A stretch of 26,364 nt of DNA from Gammaproteobacteria bacterium (GTDB lineage: Bacteria; Pseudomonadota; Gammaproteobacteria; Burkholderiales; Burkholderiaceae_C). A program made the translations under genes and the position numbers. Below the pieces are notes generated by a model. It made no database searches, was not told the origin of the DNA, and saw nothing but the letters and a program-made list of their open reading frames with translations. Positions 18,159 to 26,364 of the stretch are shown here, one piece after another. Numbering within the stretch: the first letter of the stretch is position 1; the number at the start of each line of letters is the position of its first letter. Where the stretch lies: positions 1 through 26,364 of the forward strand of contig JASGCH010000001.1 of assembly GCA_030054245.1 (NCBI GenBank). The letters are read 5' to 3'.

Positions 18159-19985
18159 TTAGCTGTCTCTTGAGGCTTTTTTTCTCTCATGCCCTTTTAA
18201 ATGTTTTTTGCGTAGCCGAATATGTTTAGGTGTCATCTCGACCAATTCGTCGTCTTCAATAAATGCCACCGCAAACTCTATACTTAGATCTAATGGAGGA
18301 GTAATTTTGATAGCATCCTCTTTCCCACTGACCCGAAAATTGGTCAATTGTTTGGTGCGTGTGGCGTTAACTACCAAATCATTGTCTCGACTATGAATGC
18401 CCACAATCATGCCTTCATACACCCGATCACCATGGGTGACAAACATCCGTCCTCTATCATCTAGTTTACCTAAAGCGTAATTGACCACCACCCCCTCATC
18501 CATGCTGATAAGTACACCGTTTTTGCGACTAGGAAGCTCGCCTTTGTAGGGGGCGTATCCATGAAAAATACTGCTACTTAAACCAGTGCCCCGTGTAATA
18601 TTCATAAATTCGGTGTGAAATCCGATCAGTCCTCGTGCGGGAATTAGATATTCTAGGCGCACTCGGCCGATAGTATCCACTTGCATATTCGCCAATTCTC
18701 CCTTCCTTTCGCCTAAAATTTGCATGAGCGTACCTTGGCTTTGTTCCTCAATGTCTATAACCAGCAACTCTATGGGTTCATACATTCCATCAGCGCGCGG
18801 TTGTAAGACTACGCGTGGTTTAGAGACCGCTAGCTCGTAACCTTCTCGACGCATATTCTCCATCAGTATGGTGAGGTGTAATTCTCCTCTCCCAGACACC
18901 TCGAATACCCCGTCCTCCTCGGTTATATGCATTCTTAACGCCACATTGGTTTGTAGTTCTTTCTCTAAGCGATCGCGCAGATGACGGCTGGTCACAAATT
19001 TACCATCCTTACCTGCGTACGGAGAATTATTCACACAAAAGTGCATACTTAAAGTAGGAGGATCGACCTGCAAATTGGGCAAGGGTCTTGGATCGTCTAT
19101 ATCCGTAATGGTTGCCCCTATGGAAATTTCTTCCAAGCCACTGAGCAATACTATTTCTCCCGGACCAGCTTCTTCTATAGAGACTCTTTCTATACCCTGA
19201 AAATGCCAAATTTGACCGATTTTTCCATTATTGGCCACTCCACCCACACCGTGCACCACAGACACCAGACTGTTGGTTTTGACAATCCCTTGGCTGACTC
19301 GACCGATGGCAATGCGTCCGACATAGCTAGAGTAATCTAAGGAACTGATCTGCAATTGTAAAGGCGCGTGTTCATCACCTTGAAATGTACTAGCATGCCC
19401 CACAATCGTGGCAAATAATGGATCTAAATCAGTACCCCACGCTTCACCATCTGTACCTCTTTCTAAGGAAGCCCAGCCATTAAGACCTGACGCATAGACG
19501 ATAGGGAAATCTAATTGTTCCACCGTTGCCTGTAAATTATCAAACAAGTCAAATACCTCATTGATCACTTGATCAATGCGCACCCCTAATCTATCCACCT
19601 TATTAATCACGACGATCGGTTTAAGACCTAAAGCCAAAGCTTTTTGTGTGACAAAGCGTGTTTGGGGCATAGGTCCCTCCACCGCGTCTATCAACAGCAG
19701 TACTCCGTCCACCATCGACAAAGCTCGTTCAACTTCACCACCAAAGTCAGCGTGTCCTGGAGTGTCTACAATATTTATCCTAATCTCGTTCCAGTCCACG
19801 GCACAATTTTTGGCTAAGATGGTAATTCCGCGTTCTTTTTCCAAAGGATTACTATCCATAATGCGTTCTTGTGACGCTTGATTCTTGCGTAGGGCTCCGC
19901 TTTGTTTCAGCAGTTGATCGACTAAAGTGGTTTTACCATGATCGACATGGGCTATGATGGCTATATTTAATATTTTATTGGACAT
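18159..19985 (-). CDS. typA: Translational GTPase TypA/BipA
   Basis: [39 protein letters not shown] and [11 protein letters not shown] motifs; start at MSNKIL (ATG 19985). Confidence 0.97.
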   Translation of the reverse strand: MSNKILNIAIIAHVDHGKTTLVDQLLKQSGALRKNQASQERIMDSNPLEKERGITILAKNCAVDWNEIRINIVDTPGHADFGGEVERALSMVDGVLLLIDAVEGPMPQTRFVTQKALALGLKPIVVINKVDRLGVRIDQVINEVFDLFDNLQATVEQLDFPIVYASGLNGWASLERGTDGEAWGTDLDPLFATIVGHASTFQGDEHAPLQLQISSLDYSSYVGRIAIGRVSQGIVKTNSLVSVVHGVGGVANNGKIGQIWHFQGIERVSIEEAGPGEIVLLSGLEEISIGATITDIDDPRPLPNLQVDPPTLSMHFCVNNSPYAGKDGKFVTSRHLRDRLEKELQTNVALRMHITEEDGVFEVSGRGELHLTILMENMRREGYELAVSKPRVVLQPRADGMYEPIELLVIDIEEQSQGTLMQILGERKGELANMQVDTIGRVRLEYLIPARGLIGFHTEFMNITRGTGLSSSIFHGYAPYKGELPSRKNGVLISMDEGVVVNYALGKLDDRGRMFVTHGDRVYEGMIVGIHSRDNDLVVNATRTKQLTNFRVSGKEDAIKITPPLDLSIEFAVAFIEDDELVEMTPKHIRLRKKHLKGHERKKASRDS

Positions 19986-20102
19986 AGAAAAAGATTGATT
20001 GAACAAGCTCGAAAAATGTTGATTACCATTATTTTCCGATGGTTATTGGGTTTTCAGGGTGTCTGATAACATCCTTCTGTAGCTCATTCCCATAATGAGG
20101 AT

Positions 20103-20500
20103 TTGGCACCGACGGCTCACCGAGCGGCGTAGCCGTCGGTGCCAAGGTCTCTTTATATGCGAGAATAGCGAGCCTAGGTGTAACCGCGGCGTAGCCGATG
20201 GTGCAACAGTAAGACTGTTGCACAACTGGTTACACTGCCCAATTACTGCGTTATGTATGTGCCTCAGTTCGTTGCGCTATCTATTGCGCTTCCGCTTCCA
20301 GTCTCGCATATACTCAATATGCGAGACTGGAAGCGCCACCAGCTCATTTACATCCGAGTAAATTCCGTTGGTTGCGTTCGCTCCAGCCTTGTAATTATAC
20401 AGCTCACCGAGCGGCGTAGCCGATGGTACAACAGTCTTACAGTCTTAACGCAGTAATTTTACAGTGTAACCGACGGCAAAGCCCTAGGTGAAACAGTCTT
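20103..20500. mobile_element. Nested cluster of MITE copies and fragments
   Basis: 15-bp-arm hairpin at 20103-20145; right ends at about 20151, 20201-20210 plus 20444-20446 (split), 20438 and 20500. Confidence 0.85.
20211..20438 (-). mobile_element. Long-form (228 bp) MITE inserted into the terminal repeat of another copy
   Basis: Ends AAGACTGTTGCAC / GTACAACAGTCTT; ACAGT duplicated at 20206-20210 and 20439-20443; 19-bp hairpin at 20293-20335. Confidence 0.92.
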
Positions 20501-20574
20501 ATTTTAGTTACGGAAACAAGCCATCGACAGAGGAACTGGGGGCTAACATGGGAAACCAAGATCAAGGTATCCGC

Positions 20575-21702
20575 TCATTTAAGCATCAGTTCGAAGGATT
20601 TGATGCCGCTGAGGGTCCTAGGCTGGCGGCCCGGATGCAATGTTCCGCTGACCTTTACAAAAGCCCCGTCCTTCATGTGAGCTTTGTCAGCCTGCTCGTA
20701 TTGCTCGGCGGTTAGAGTGGTGCGCGCCCGCACCAACTCGTCACCATCTGCCATGAGCAATCGGAGAATCACATCACCCACACGCCTGCCATCCTGTCCG
20801 ATGACACCCTCCAGCTGTTCAACCGTAGCCAGGAAGACATCCTCAAGGTCTTTCTCCTCTGGGCGAAGCGCACGGCGCACTTCTTCAATGCGGTGGAAAT
20901 AATCATGCTGAATGCGGATCATCGATACCCGCCCCTCGTTCGCTGGTTTGGGAATCGCCGATGCCCAAGTGATGCCAATCTCGACCGAGTTCTTGAGCGT
21001 TGAGTCCTCAAAACGCGCGAGTGCCTCACACAGATTCGAAGACACGACCGGGTTTTGGCCATTCTTAGTGGCTTCGACAAAGGTGTCCAAAGCATCGGTT
21101 TCGATCGCCGTAACGAGTTCTCCCAAGGCTTTGCGTAAGGTGACTATCGTGCGCCGGCCGAAAGGTGCATCAAACCATGTAGCCTGCACACCCAAACCCT
21201 GCACGGGGCATGACACATTCAGCACGAAGCTCCCATGCTGGGTGTGCCGAAACTTAGCAGTTTCGAGAAACTGCTGGGACTCTGCCCGGTTTAGTCGCGG
21301 ATAATGCGCCTGCGGCTTCAAAACGGTGCAGGCAGATGCCAGCAACAGTTGTTGGGCGCCGGTTATCATCGAGCCAACGAACACGAGGGGTAGCGACCTC
21401 TCATCAAGTCGCGGTGTCGTCACGCGAAAAGCAATGGCATCATCCCCTACTTCCAGAAGATTTTTGATGACCGCCTGTGCGCTTCGACCTTCCATCACGG
21501 CGAGTTTGTCCACGACCAACATGACGGCTTCGGAGTAATCTGGCGCTGTCGTGTCCATCGGAAACACCAATTGCCGCCCCTTGAAGTGAGGGTTGGTCAT
21601 CACATAAAGCCGGTCTTGAACAGCTTCCGTCAACAAAACCCAACCTTGATCCTTGGCATAATCGCGCAGGTCGGTCGGGGGAATGAACGGTTCAAGATTC
21701 AT
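20575..21702 (-). CDS. Hypothetical protein (375 aa), GC-rich and probably foreign, coupled to the upstream DUF4365-like gene
   Basis: Intact ORF from MNLEPF; its ATG overlaps the upstream TGA (ATGA). No motif recognised. Confidence 0.75.
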   Translation of the reverse strand: MNLEPFIPPTDLRDYAKDQGWVLLTEAVQDRLYVMTNPHFKGRQLVFPMDTTAPDYSEAVMLVVDKLAVMEGRSAQAVIKNLLEVGDDAIAFRVTTPRLDERSLPLVFVGSMITGAQQLLLASACTVLKPQAHYPRLNRAESQQFLETAKFRHTQHGSFVLNVSCPVQGLGVQATWFDAPFGRRTIVTLRKALGELVTAIETDALDTFVEATKNGQNPVVSSNLCEALARFEDSTLKNSVEIGITWASAIPKPANEGRVSMIRIQHDYFHRIEEVRRALRPEEKDLEDVFLATVEQLEGVIGQDGRRVGDVILRLLMADGDELVRARTTLTAEQYEQADKAHMKDGAFVKVSGTLHPGRQPRTLSGIKSFELMLK

Positions 21703-21962
21703 ACAGCAGAAGGATAACAAGGATAATCGCAACGAGAAAGCCGGCTAGCTATCTCAGTGAGAGCCTCTGGGGTGAATCTCTGCACCTTCGGCAGATACAC
21801 AGTCACACCACTGCTATTGCCAGTAGCGGGAGCCCGGCGCAGGCTCTGCCAATAGGCGCACTTGCGAAGCACCAATTCATCCTCTGAATGCGTTAACCAC
21901 TTCTGCGCGTCCGCTGGAAGAAACAGCACCACGAGGATGCGCGGTACGCTAACTTTAGCCAT
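21699..21962 (-). pseudogene. C-terminal fragment of a DUF4365-like (PD-(D/E)XK-type) protein
   Basis: VPRILVVLFLP...WL...LVLRKCAYWQSL...VTVYLP resembles the DUF4365 C-terminus as recalled; the 5' half is absent. Confidence 0.55.
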
Positions 21963-22009
21963 CTCACATCGGGGTCTGCCCCTTGTCGTTTTGTTACAAC
22001 TATCTTCAT

Positions 22010-22915
22010 TCAGATAGAGGCAGACTCAGTTTGCGGCAATAACCTCTTTGGACACAAGCAACCAGCCTCGATGGCCCCTAAACCAACAAAACGCCCTTCA
22101 TGGTACACCGATATTTGGGAGCAGTTGGTGTCCTCTACCATAAACTTTTTACCTTGTAAAAAACTTTGAAGTTGCTCGTTATTTAATTGCCAACGCGGTA
22201 ACTGCTTGAATAGGCTATCCAAAGGCAATATACAAGCTCGACGCTCTTCTTCCGTTAGTTTCTGTAAATTCTCAAAGCTAACGGCTTGATCTATTTGAAA
22301 AGGGCCGCATTGTACTCGCCTTAAGGAGGCTAAATAGCCATAGGTACCCAGAAATTGGGCCATATCTTCGGCTAAGGTACGAATATAAGTACCTTTACTA
22401 CATTGAACACTAACAACCAGTCTGCGCCCTAATGAAGATGGAGTGATTTCGGCAAGTTCTAATTGCAAGATTTCGATTTTACGCGGGGTTCTTTCAACAG
22501 TCTCTCCTCTTCTTGCATAAACATACAATGGTAACCCATTTTTTTTGAGGGCACTATACATAGGAGGTGTTTGCCAAATCGTTCCCAAAAATTTCAGCTT
22601 TAACTCATCCATTTTACTAGGGTGAAAATCGACGACCGCTTGGTTGATCATCTCTCCTTCAGCATCCGCGGTAGAAGTTTGATACCCTAACTGTATAACC
22701 GCCTGATAAGTTTTGGTGGCATCTAAGGCCAGTTGGCTATAGCGCGTAGCATACCCCAGAAGTATAGGCAATATCCCCGTGGCCATAGGATCAAGGGTAC
22801 CCGTGTGCCCGGCCTTAGATATCTTCAATAAACTTTTCAGCTGTTGCAATGCTTGATTGCTGGAAATATGTGAACATTTGTCCAACAATAATACGCCAGA
22901 GAAGGATGGATCCAC
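22010..22915 (-). CDS. truB: tRNA pseudouridine(55) synthase
   Basis: KAGHTGTLDPMATG, QTPPMYSALK and CSKGTYIRTLAED; GTG start. Confidence 0.97.
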   Translation of the reverse strand: MDPSFSGVLLLDKCSHISSNQALQQLKSLLKISKAGHTGTLDPMATGILPILLGYATRYSQLALDATKTYQAVIQLGYQTSTADAEGEMINQAVVDFHPSKMDELKLKFLGTIWQTPPMYSALKKNGLPLYVYARRGETVERTPRKIEILQLELAEITPSSLGRRLVVSVQCSKGTYIRTLAEDMAQFLGTYGYLASLRRVQCGPFQIDQAVSFENLQKLTEEERRACILPLDSLFKQLPRWQLNNEQLQSFLQGKKFMVEDTNCSQISVYHEGRFVGLGAIEAGCLCPKRLLPQTESASI

Positions 22916-22929
22916 GATTTGATATAGTT

Positions 22930-22950
22930 AAGACTGCTTTACACAGTCTT
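22930..22950. repeat. 21-bp minimal MITE remnant (both termini fused)
   Basis: AAGACTG ctttaca CAGTCTT between rbfA and truB. Confidence 0.6.
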
Positions 22951-22961
22951 AAAGTTAAAGT

Positions 22962-23306
22962 TCAGGTTAATTTTATCGCCTTGTCTATGAGTGCCTGCAT
23001 TGCCCTAGATTTTTCTAGGGTAGCGTCAAATTCAAAATAAAGTCGAGGGATCGTGTGTAATGTGAGTCTTTTGAATAGATGTTTTCTGATGATGTTGCTA
23101 GCCGCATTCAAAACTTTGGTAATAGTTGCCTCGTCACCTTTCAACAATGAAAAATACACTTTGGCAGTAGAATAATCAGGGGCAAGTTTAATATCTTGAA
23201 TAGACACAAACAACAAACGCGGATCTTTTAATTCCAAAACTAAAATTTCTGCAATATCCTTGGCTATTTGCGTAGCCACTATTTCTGAGCGAATTGGTTT
23301 TGGCAT
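22962..23306 (-). CDS. rbfA: Ribosome-binding factor A
   Basis: KDPRL, LAPDYSTAKVYF and IPRLYFEFD; lies between infB and truB; start at MPKPIRSE (the track start at 23408 is inside a MITE). Confidence 0.93.
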   Translation of the reverse strand: MPKPIRSEIVATQIAKDIAEILVLELKDPRLLFVSIQDIKLAPDYSTAKVYFSLLKGDEATITKVLNAASNIIRKHLFKRLTLHTIPRLYFEFDATLEKSRAMQALIDKAIKLT

Positions 23307-23376
23307 GATTATCAACAATTGACAAAAAATAGATAAGTTTACAACCCATTCAGATGTAGCGATAACTAAGGTCCTT

Positions 23377-23513
23377 ACCTCTGTTGCACAAGGGTCATAC
23401 ACTGCCAAATTACAGCGTTATACGACTTAACCCTAGCTGAATATCCTTCCGCTGTTCTGCAAAGCCTAAGCTTGTGGTTGACAAGAGTTTATCCGAATGT
23501 GTGCAACAGTCTT
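23377..23513 (-). mobile_element. Short-form (137 bp) degenerate MITE between infB and rbfA
   Basis: Ends ..CTGTTGCAC / GTGCAACAGTCTT; acactgccaaattacagcgttat aligns with 20232-20254. Confidence 0.8.
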
Positions 23514-23520
23514 TGTTTAG

Positions 23521-26364
23521 TTACTCGATACTACGCGACACTTCTGTTACCTCAAAAAACTCGATTTTATCTCCCACTCTAATATCCTTGGCATTTTTTA
23601 GGCTCAAGCCACATTCAAAACCTTCTTTTACCTCCCTCACATCCTCTTTAAACCTCTTCAAACTCTCAGGCTCAGTAGTCGAGATCACCAAATTATCTCT
23701 AATTAAACGCACCCTTGCTGTTCTCTTGATAATTCCATCAATCACAAAACAACCTGCCACCAATACAGTTTTTCCTACACGGAATAAGTCTCTCACCTCT
23801 GCAGTGCCGATGATTTGTTCCTTAATTTCAGGCGATAACAAACCGGACATGATGGATTTAACGACATCAACGACCTCATAAATAATATTGATAAAGTGTA
23901 TTTTAATACCTTGATTCTCGGCAAATTTACGCACATTAGCGTCTGCCCGGGTTTTAAACCCGATAATGATAGCCTTAGAAGCTATGGCTAAATTCACATC
24001 ACTCTCGGAGATACCTCCTACACCAATATAAACAATTTGTACACGCACTTCGTCCATGGACAATTCATTTAATACTTTAGCCAGTGCATCGTGCGTACCT
24101 TGCACATCTACTTTGGCGACAATGGGTAAAACTTGTGATTTATCCACACCCGAGGCAACCAAAGATAAATCTGGCTTATCGTTGATGCGTGCCTGCCTCA
24201 TTTCGCTACTACGAAATGTGGCAATTTCTCTAGCTCGTCGTTCATCCGCCAACACCCAAAATGTATCTCCAGGTAAAGGAACACCATTCAAGCCATGTAT
24301 TTCAGCCGGTATAGAGGGTCCTACACTTTTAATATCATGTCCTATTTCATCGTTAATGGAGCGTACTCGACCATAGGTTTGACCAGCTAATACCACATCT
24401 CCCACTTTTAAAGTGCCGGATTGTACCAATAAAGAGGCTACTGCACCACGACCTCTATCTAACTTAGCTTCTAATACCAGCCCCTTAGCCATGGATTGAA
24501 CGGGTGCTTTCAATTCCAAAACCTGAGCTTGTAACAATAAAATTTCCACCAATTCATCGATACCTTGACCTGTTTTGGAAGACACTCCTATGCAGGGGCT
24601 AGTACCCGAAAGCTCTTCGATCAAAACACCCGCTTGTAATAACCCAGATTTGACTTTCTCTATATTGGCATTGCCTTTATCGATTTTAGTAATCGCTACC
24701 ACAATAGGCACATTAGCGGCTTGAGCGTGTCGAATCGCTTCCTGAGTTTGTTGCATCACACCATCATCCGCCGCCACCACCAAGACCACAATGTCTGTAG
24801 CTTGAGCTCCGCGAGCACGCATAGCTGTAAAAGCCTCGTGCCCAGGTGTATCTAAAAAAGTGACCATCCCATGGTCAGTGGTAACATGGTAAGCACCAAT
24901 GTGTTGCGTAATTCCACCGGACTCTCCCGCCGCCACTCGAGTGCGTCGTATATAGTCTAACAAAGAAGTTTTTCCGTGGTCAACATGTCCCATTACCGTA
25001 ATAATAGGCGCTCTAGGCTCTAACACCGCCTCCATCGCCTTAGTTTCTTCCTCTGTAAATGCTTCAGGATCATCCAATTCTGCAATCACGGCTTTGTAGC
25101 CCATTTCTTCTACCACTATCATGGCCGTCTCTTGGTCCAAAGGTTGGTTTATGGTGGCGAGTTGTCCTAACTTCATCAAATGTTTAATAACTTCAGCCGC
25201 TTTAACAGACATTTTATGAGCCAAATCAGAAACCGTAATAACTTCAGGTATATGAACCTCAATAGTTTGTTTATCAGGCGCAACAATCGCCATTTTATGG
25301 GTATTAGCCCCTCCTATATTTTTCTTGCCCCGACCTCCACCAGCCCCTCGGATACGCCAAGTTTCTCTCTGTTCTACATCAAAAGGGTCATTCTTCTTGA
25401 TAGATTTGCGGGGTCTCCCCTCATCTTGCCAATGTGCATTCGCATTTTTATGTGGCTTATTATCCTTAGGGGCTTCACTGACCGTAGTTTTCTCAGAGAC
25501 TACGGGTTTTTTAGGAACAACGGTCGTTGCTGATTTATGGATGGTTCCTTTAATTCCAACCGACGAAGAAACTTTTTTATCCTCAACCTTACCACTTTTA
25601 TCTGAAGTGCCTTTAGCAGCGGCAAGCTCAGCCAATTTTGCCTTCTCCAATGCTTCAGCCTGTTCTTTTTTCTGAACCATGCTGGGTGAGGGTTTTGGCT
25701 TGACCCCAGTGGATGCACGCATAGCGTTAATGCGTTCAGCTTCTGACAACGCTTTTTGTTTAGCAGCGAATTTGACCTCTTCTGGGGTTTGCTCAATCAA
25801 AACTACTTGAGTAGGCTGGGTAGTAGGTTCGGTAGAGTCTGTAGATGCACCACCTTGGGTATCTCTGGGTCCACTCCCAATCGTGTAAGCTAACTTAGTA
25901 TCCACTTGGCTTGAAGTTGGCCTATCAGCTAGCTGGGTTTGGGTCCGAGTTTCAGTCGCTCCCGTCTGGCTTAACTCTGGATCAGGTCCTTTTGCAACAA
26001 TTTCAGCAAAACCATCCACTTGATCGGCTAATTTTTTACCGGACTGAGCAGATACTGATTTTTTTTCTCGAGGTTTCTTAGGTGTTTGAACGCCATCATC
26101 TGCTTCATTCAGATCTATATCTTTGAGATCTTTGCCCATAGTCTGCATCGCGGGCAAGTCTTTGGCCAAGTCTTGCTTTGCCTCCGGTTGATCAGTCAAC
26201 GCTTCGGCAAGAACAAGGTTCGCCGACAGGGAATCTGCCTCGGATCTATTCTCAGGCAATGCTAGGTCACTACCTTCCTCCGCATCCTTCGGCCATTTTT
26301 CAGCTGAGCTCTCTACGGTTTGGGGTAGATGACCTGCTAAAGTTTCTTCTCGCCCAGAATCTCC
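23521..26364 (-). CDS. infB: Translation initiation factor IF-2, 5' end beyond the window
   Basis: [31 protein letters not shown] and SLKRFKEDV; the frame stays open for 35 more codons from 26259 to the window edge. Confidence 0.97.
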   Translation of the reverse strand, partial: GDSGREETLAGHLPQTVESSAEKWPKDAEEGSDLALPENRSEADSLSANLVLAEALTDQPEAKQDLAKDLPAMQTMGKDLKDIDLNEADDGVQTPKKPREKKSVSAQSGKKLADQVDGFAEIVAKGPDPELSQTGATETRTQTQLADRPTSSQVDTKLAYTIGSGPRDTQGGASTDSTEPTTQPTQVVLIEQTPEEVKFAAKQKALSEAERINAMRASTGVKPKPSPSMVQKKEQAEALEKAKLAELAAAKGTSDKSGKVEDKKVSSSVGIKGTIHKSATTVVPKKPVVSEKTTVSEAPKDNKPHKNANAHWQDEGRPRKSIKKNDPFDVEQRETWRIRGAGGGRGKKNIGGANTHKMAIVAPDKQTIEVHIPEVITVSDLAHKMSVKAAEVIKHLMKLGQLATINQPLDQETAMIVVEEMGYKAVIAELDDPEAFTEEETKAMEAVLEPRAPIITVMGHVDHGKTSLLDYIRRTRVAAGESGGITQHIGAYHVTTDHGMVTFLDTPGHEAFTAMRARGAQATDIVVLVVAADDGVMQQTQEAIRHAQAANVPIVVAITKIDKGNANIEKVKSGLLQAGVLIEELSGTSPCIGVSSKTGQGIDELVEILLLQAQVLELKAPVQSMAKGLVLEAKLDRGRGAVASLLVQSGTLKVGDVVLAGQTYGRVRSINDEIGHDIKSVGPSIPAEIHGLNGVPLPGDTFWVLADERRAREIATFRSSEMRQARINDKPDLSLVASGVDKSQVLPIVAKVDVQGTHDALAKVLNELSMDEVRVQIVYIGVGGISESDVNLAIASKAIIIGFKTRADANVRKFAENQGIKIHFINIIYEVVDVVKSIMSGLLSPEIKEQIIGTAEVRDLFRVGKTVLVAGCFVIDGIIKRTARVRLIRDNLVISTTEPESLKRFKEDVREVKEGFECGLSLKNAKDIRVGDKIEFFEVTEVSRSIE

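Noticed and set aside
20501-20574. Second attC after the hypothetical gene
   Set aside because: TAAC/GTTA words are present, but there is no RYYYAAC...GTTRRRY pair with paired L boxes.
6750-20715. Small ORFs made largely of element sequence (6832-7077, 6890-7141, 8449-8709, 13602-13937, 20029-20456)
   Set aside because: They are translations of the MITE in different frames, inconsistent between copies, with no evidence of coding.
3228-23513. Recurrent 13-bp repeats as a CRISPR array
   Set aside because: They occur as inverted pairs at irregular, kilobase-scale spacing with conserved interiors; there are no unique equal-length spacers and no cas genes.
23474-25796. Antisense and alternate-frame ORFs over infB, and similar ones over typA and the RND gene
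   Set aside because: Overlap with well-supported core genes; treated as artefacts.
26257-26259. ORF-track start of infB
   Set aside because: The frame is open to the window edge, so the real start lies outside the window.

Overview
Betaproteobacterial chromosome segment (Burkholderiales; TypA looks Comamonadaceae-like, an inference). The right end holds a conserved core block on the minus strand: infB (runs off the window), rbfA, truB, typA, an MBL-fold hydrolase, and an unusual fusion of a GlmU N-terminal domain to a GNAT domain. The left and centre hold accessory genes: type III R-M (mod, fic, res), a branched-chain-amino-acid-type ABC solute-binding protein, an RND pump plus outer-membrane factor with no membrane-fusion protein gene, a decayed type II R-M pair ending in an integron attC-like site, and a DUF4365-like fragment coupled to a hypothetical gene between truB and typA. 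The dominant unexplained structure is one family of non-coding palindromic MITE-like elements with 13-bp terminal inverted repeats (AAGACTGTTGCAC...GTGCAACAGTCTT). It occurs as about 230-bp, about 140-bp and 21-40-bp forms plus solo ends, in most intergenic gaps. Three copies have 5-bp target duplications. The family inserts into itself, disrupts the type II nuclease gene, tightly brackets the whole res gene, and carries a co-varying 18-19-bp central hairpin whose loop occurs in both orientations. No cognate transposase, intact integrase, rRNA, tRNA or CRISPR array was seen. All family assignments come from motif recognition by eye; no searches were run.
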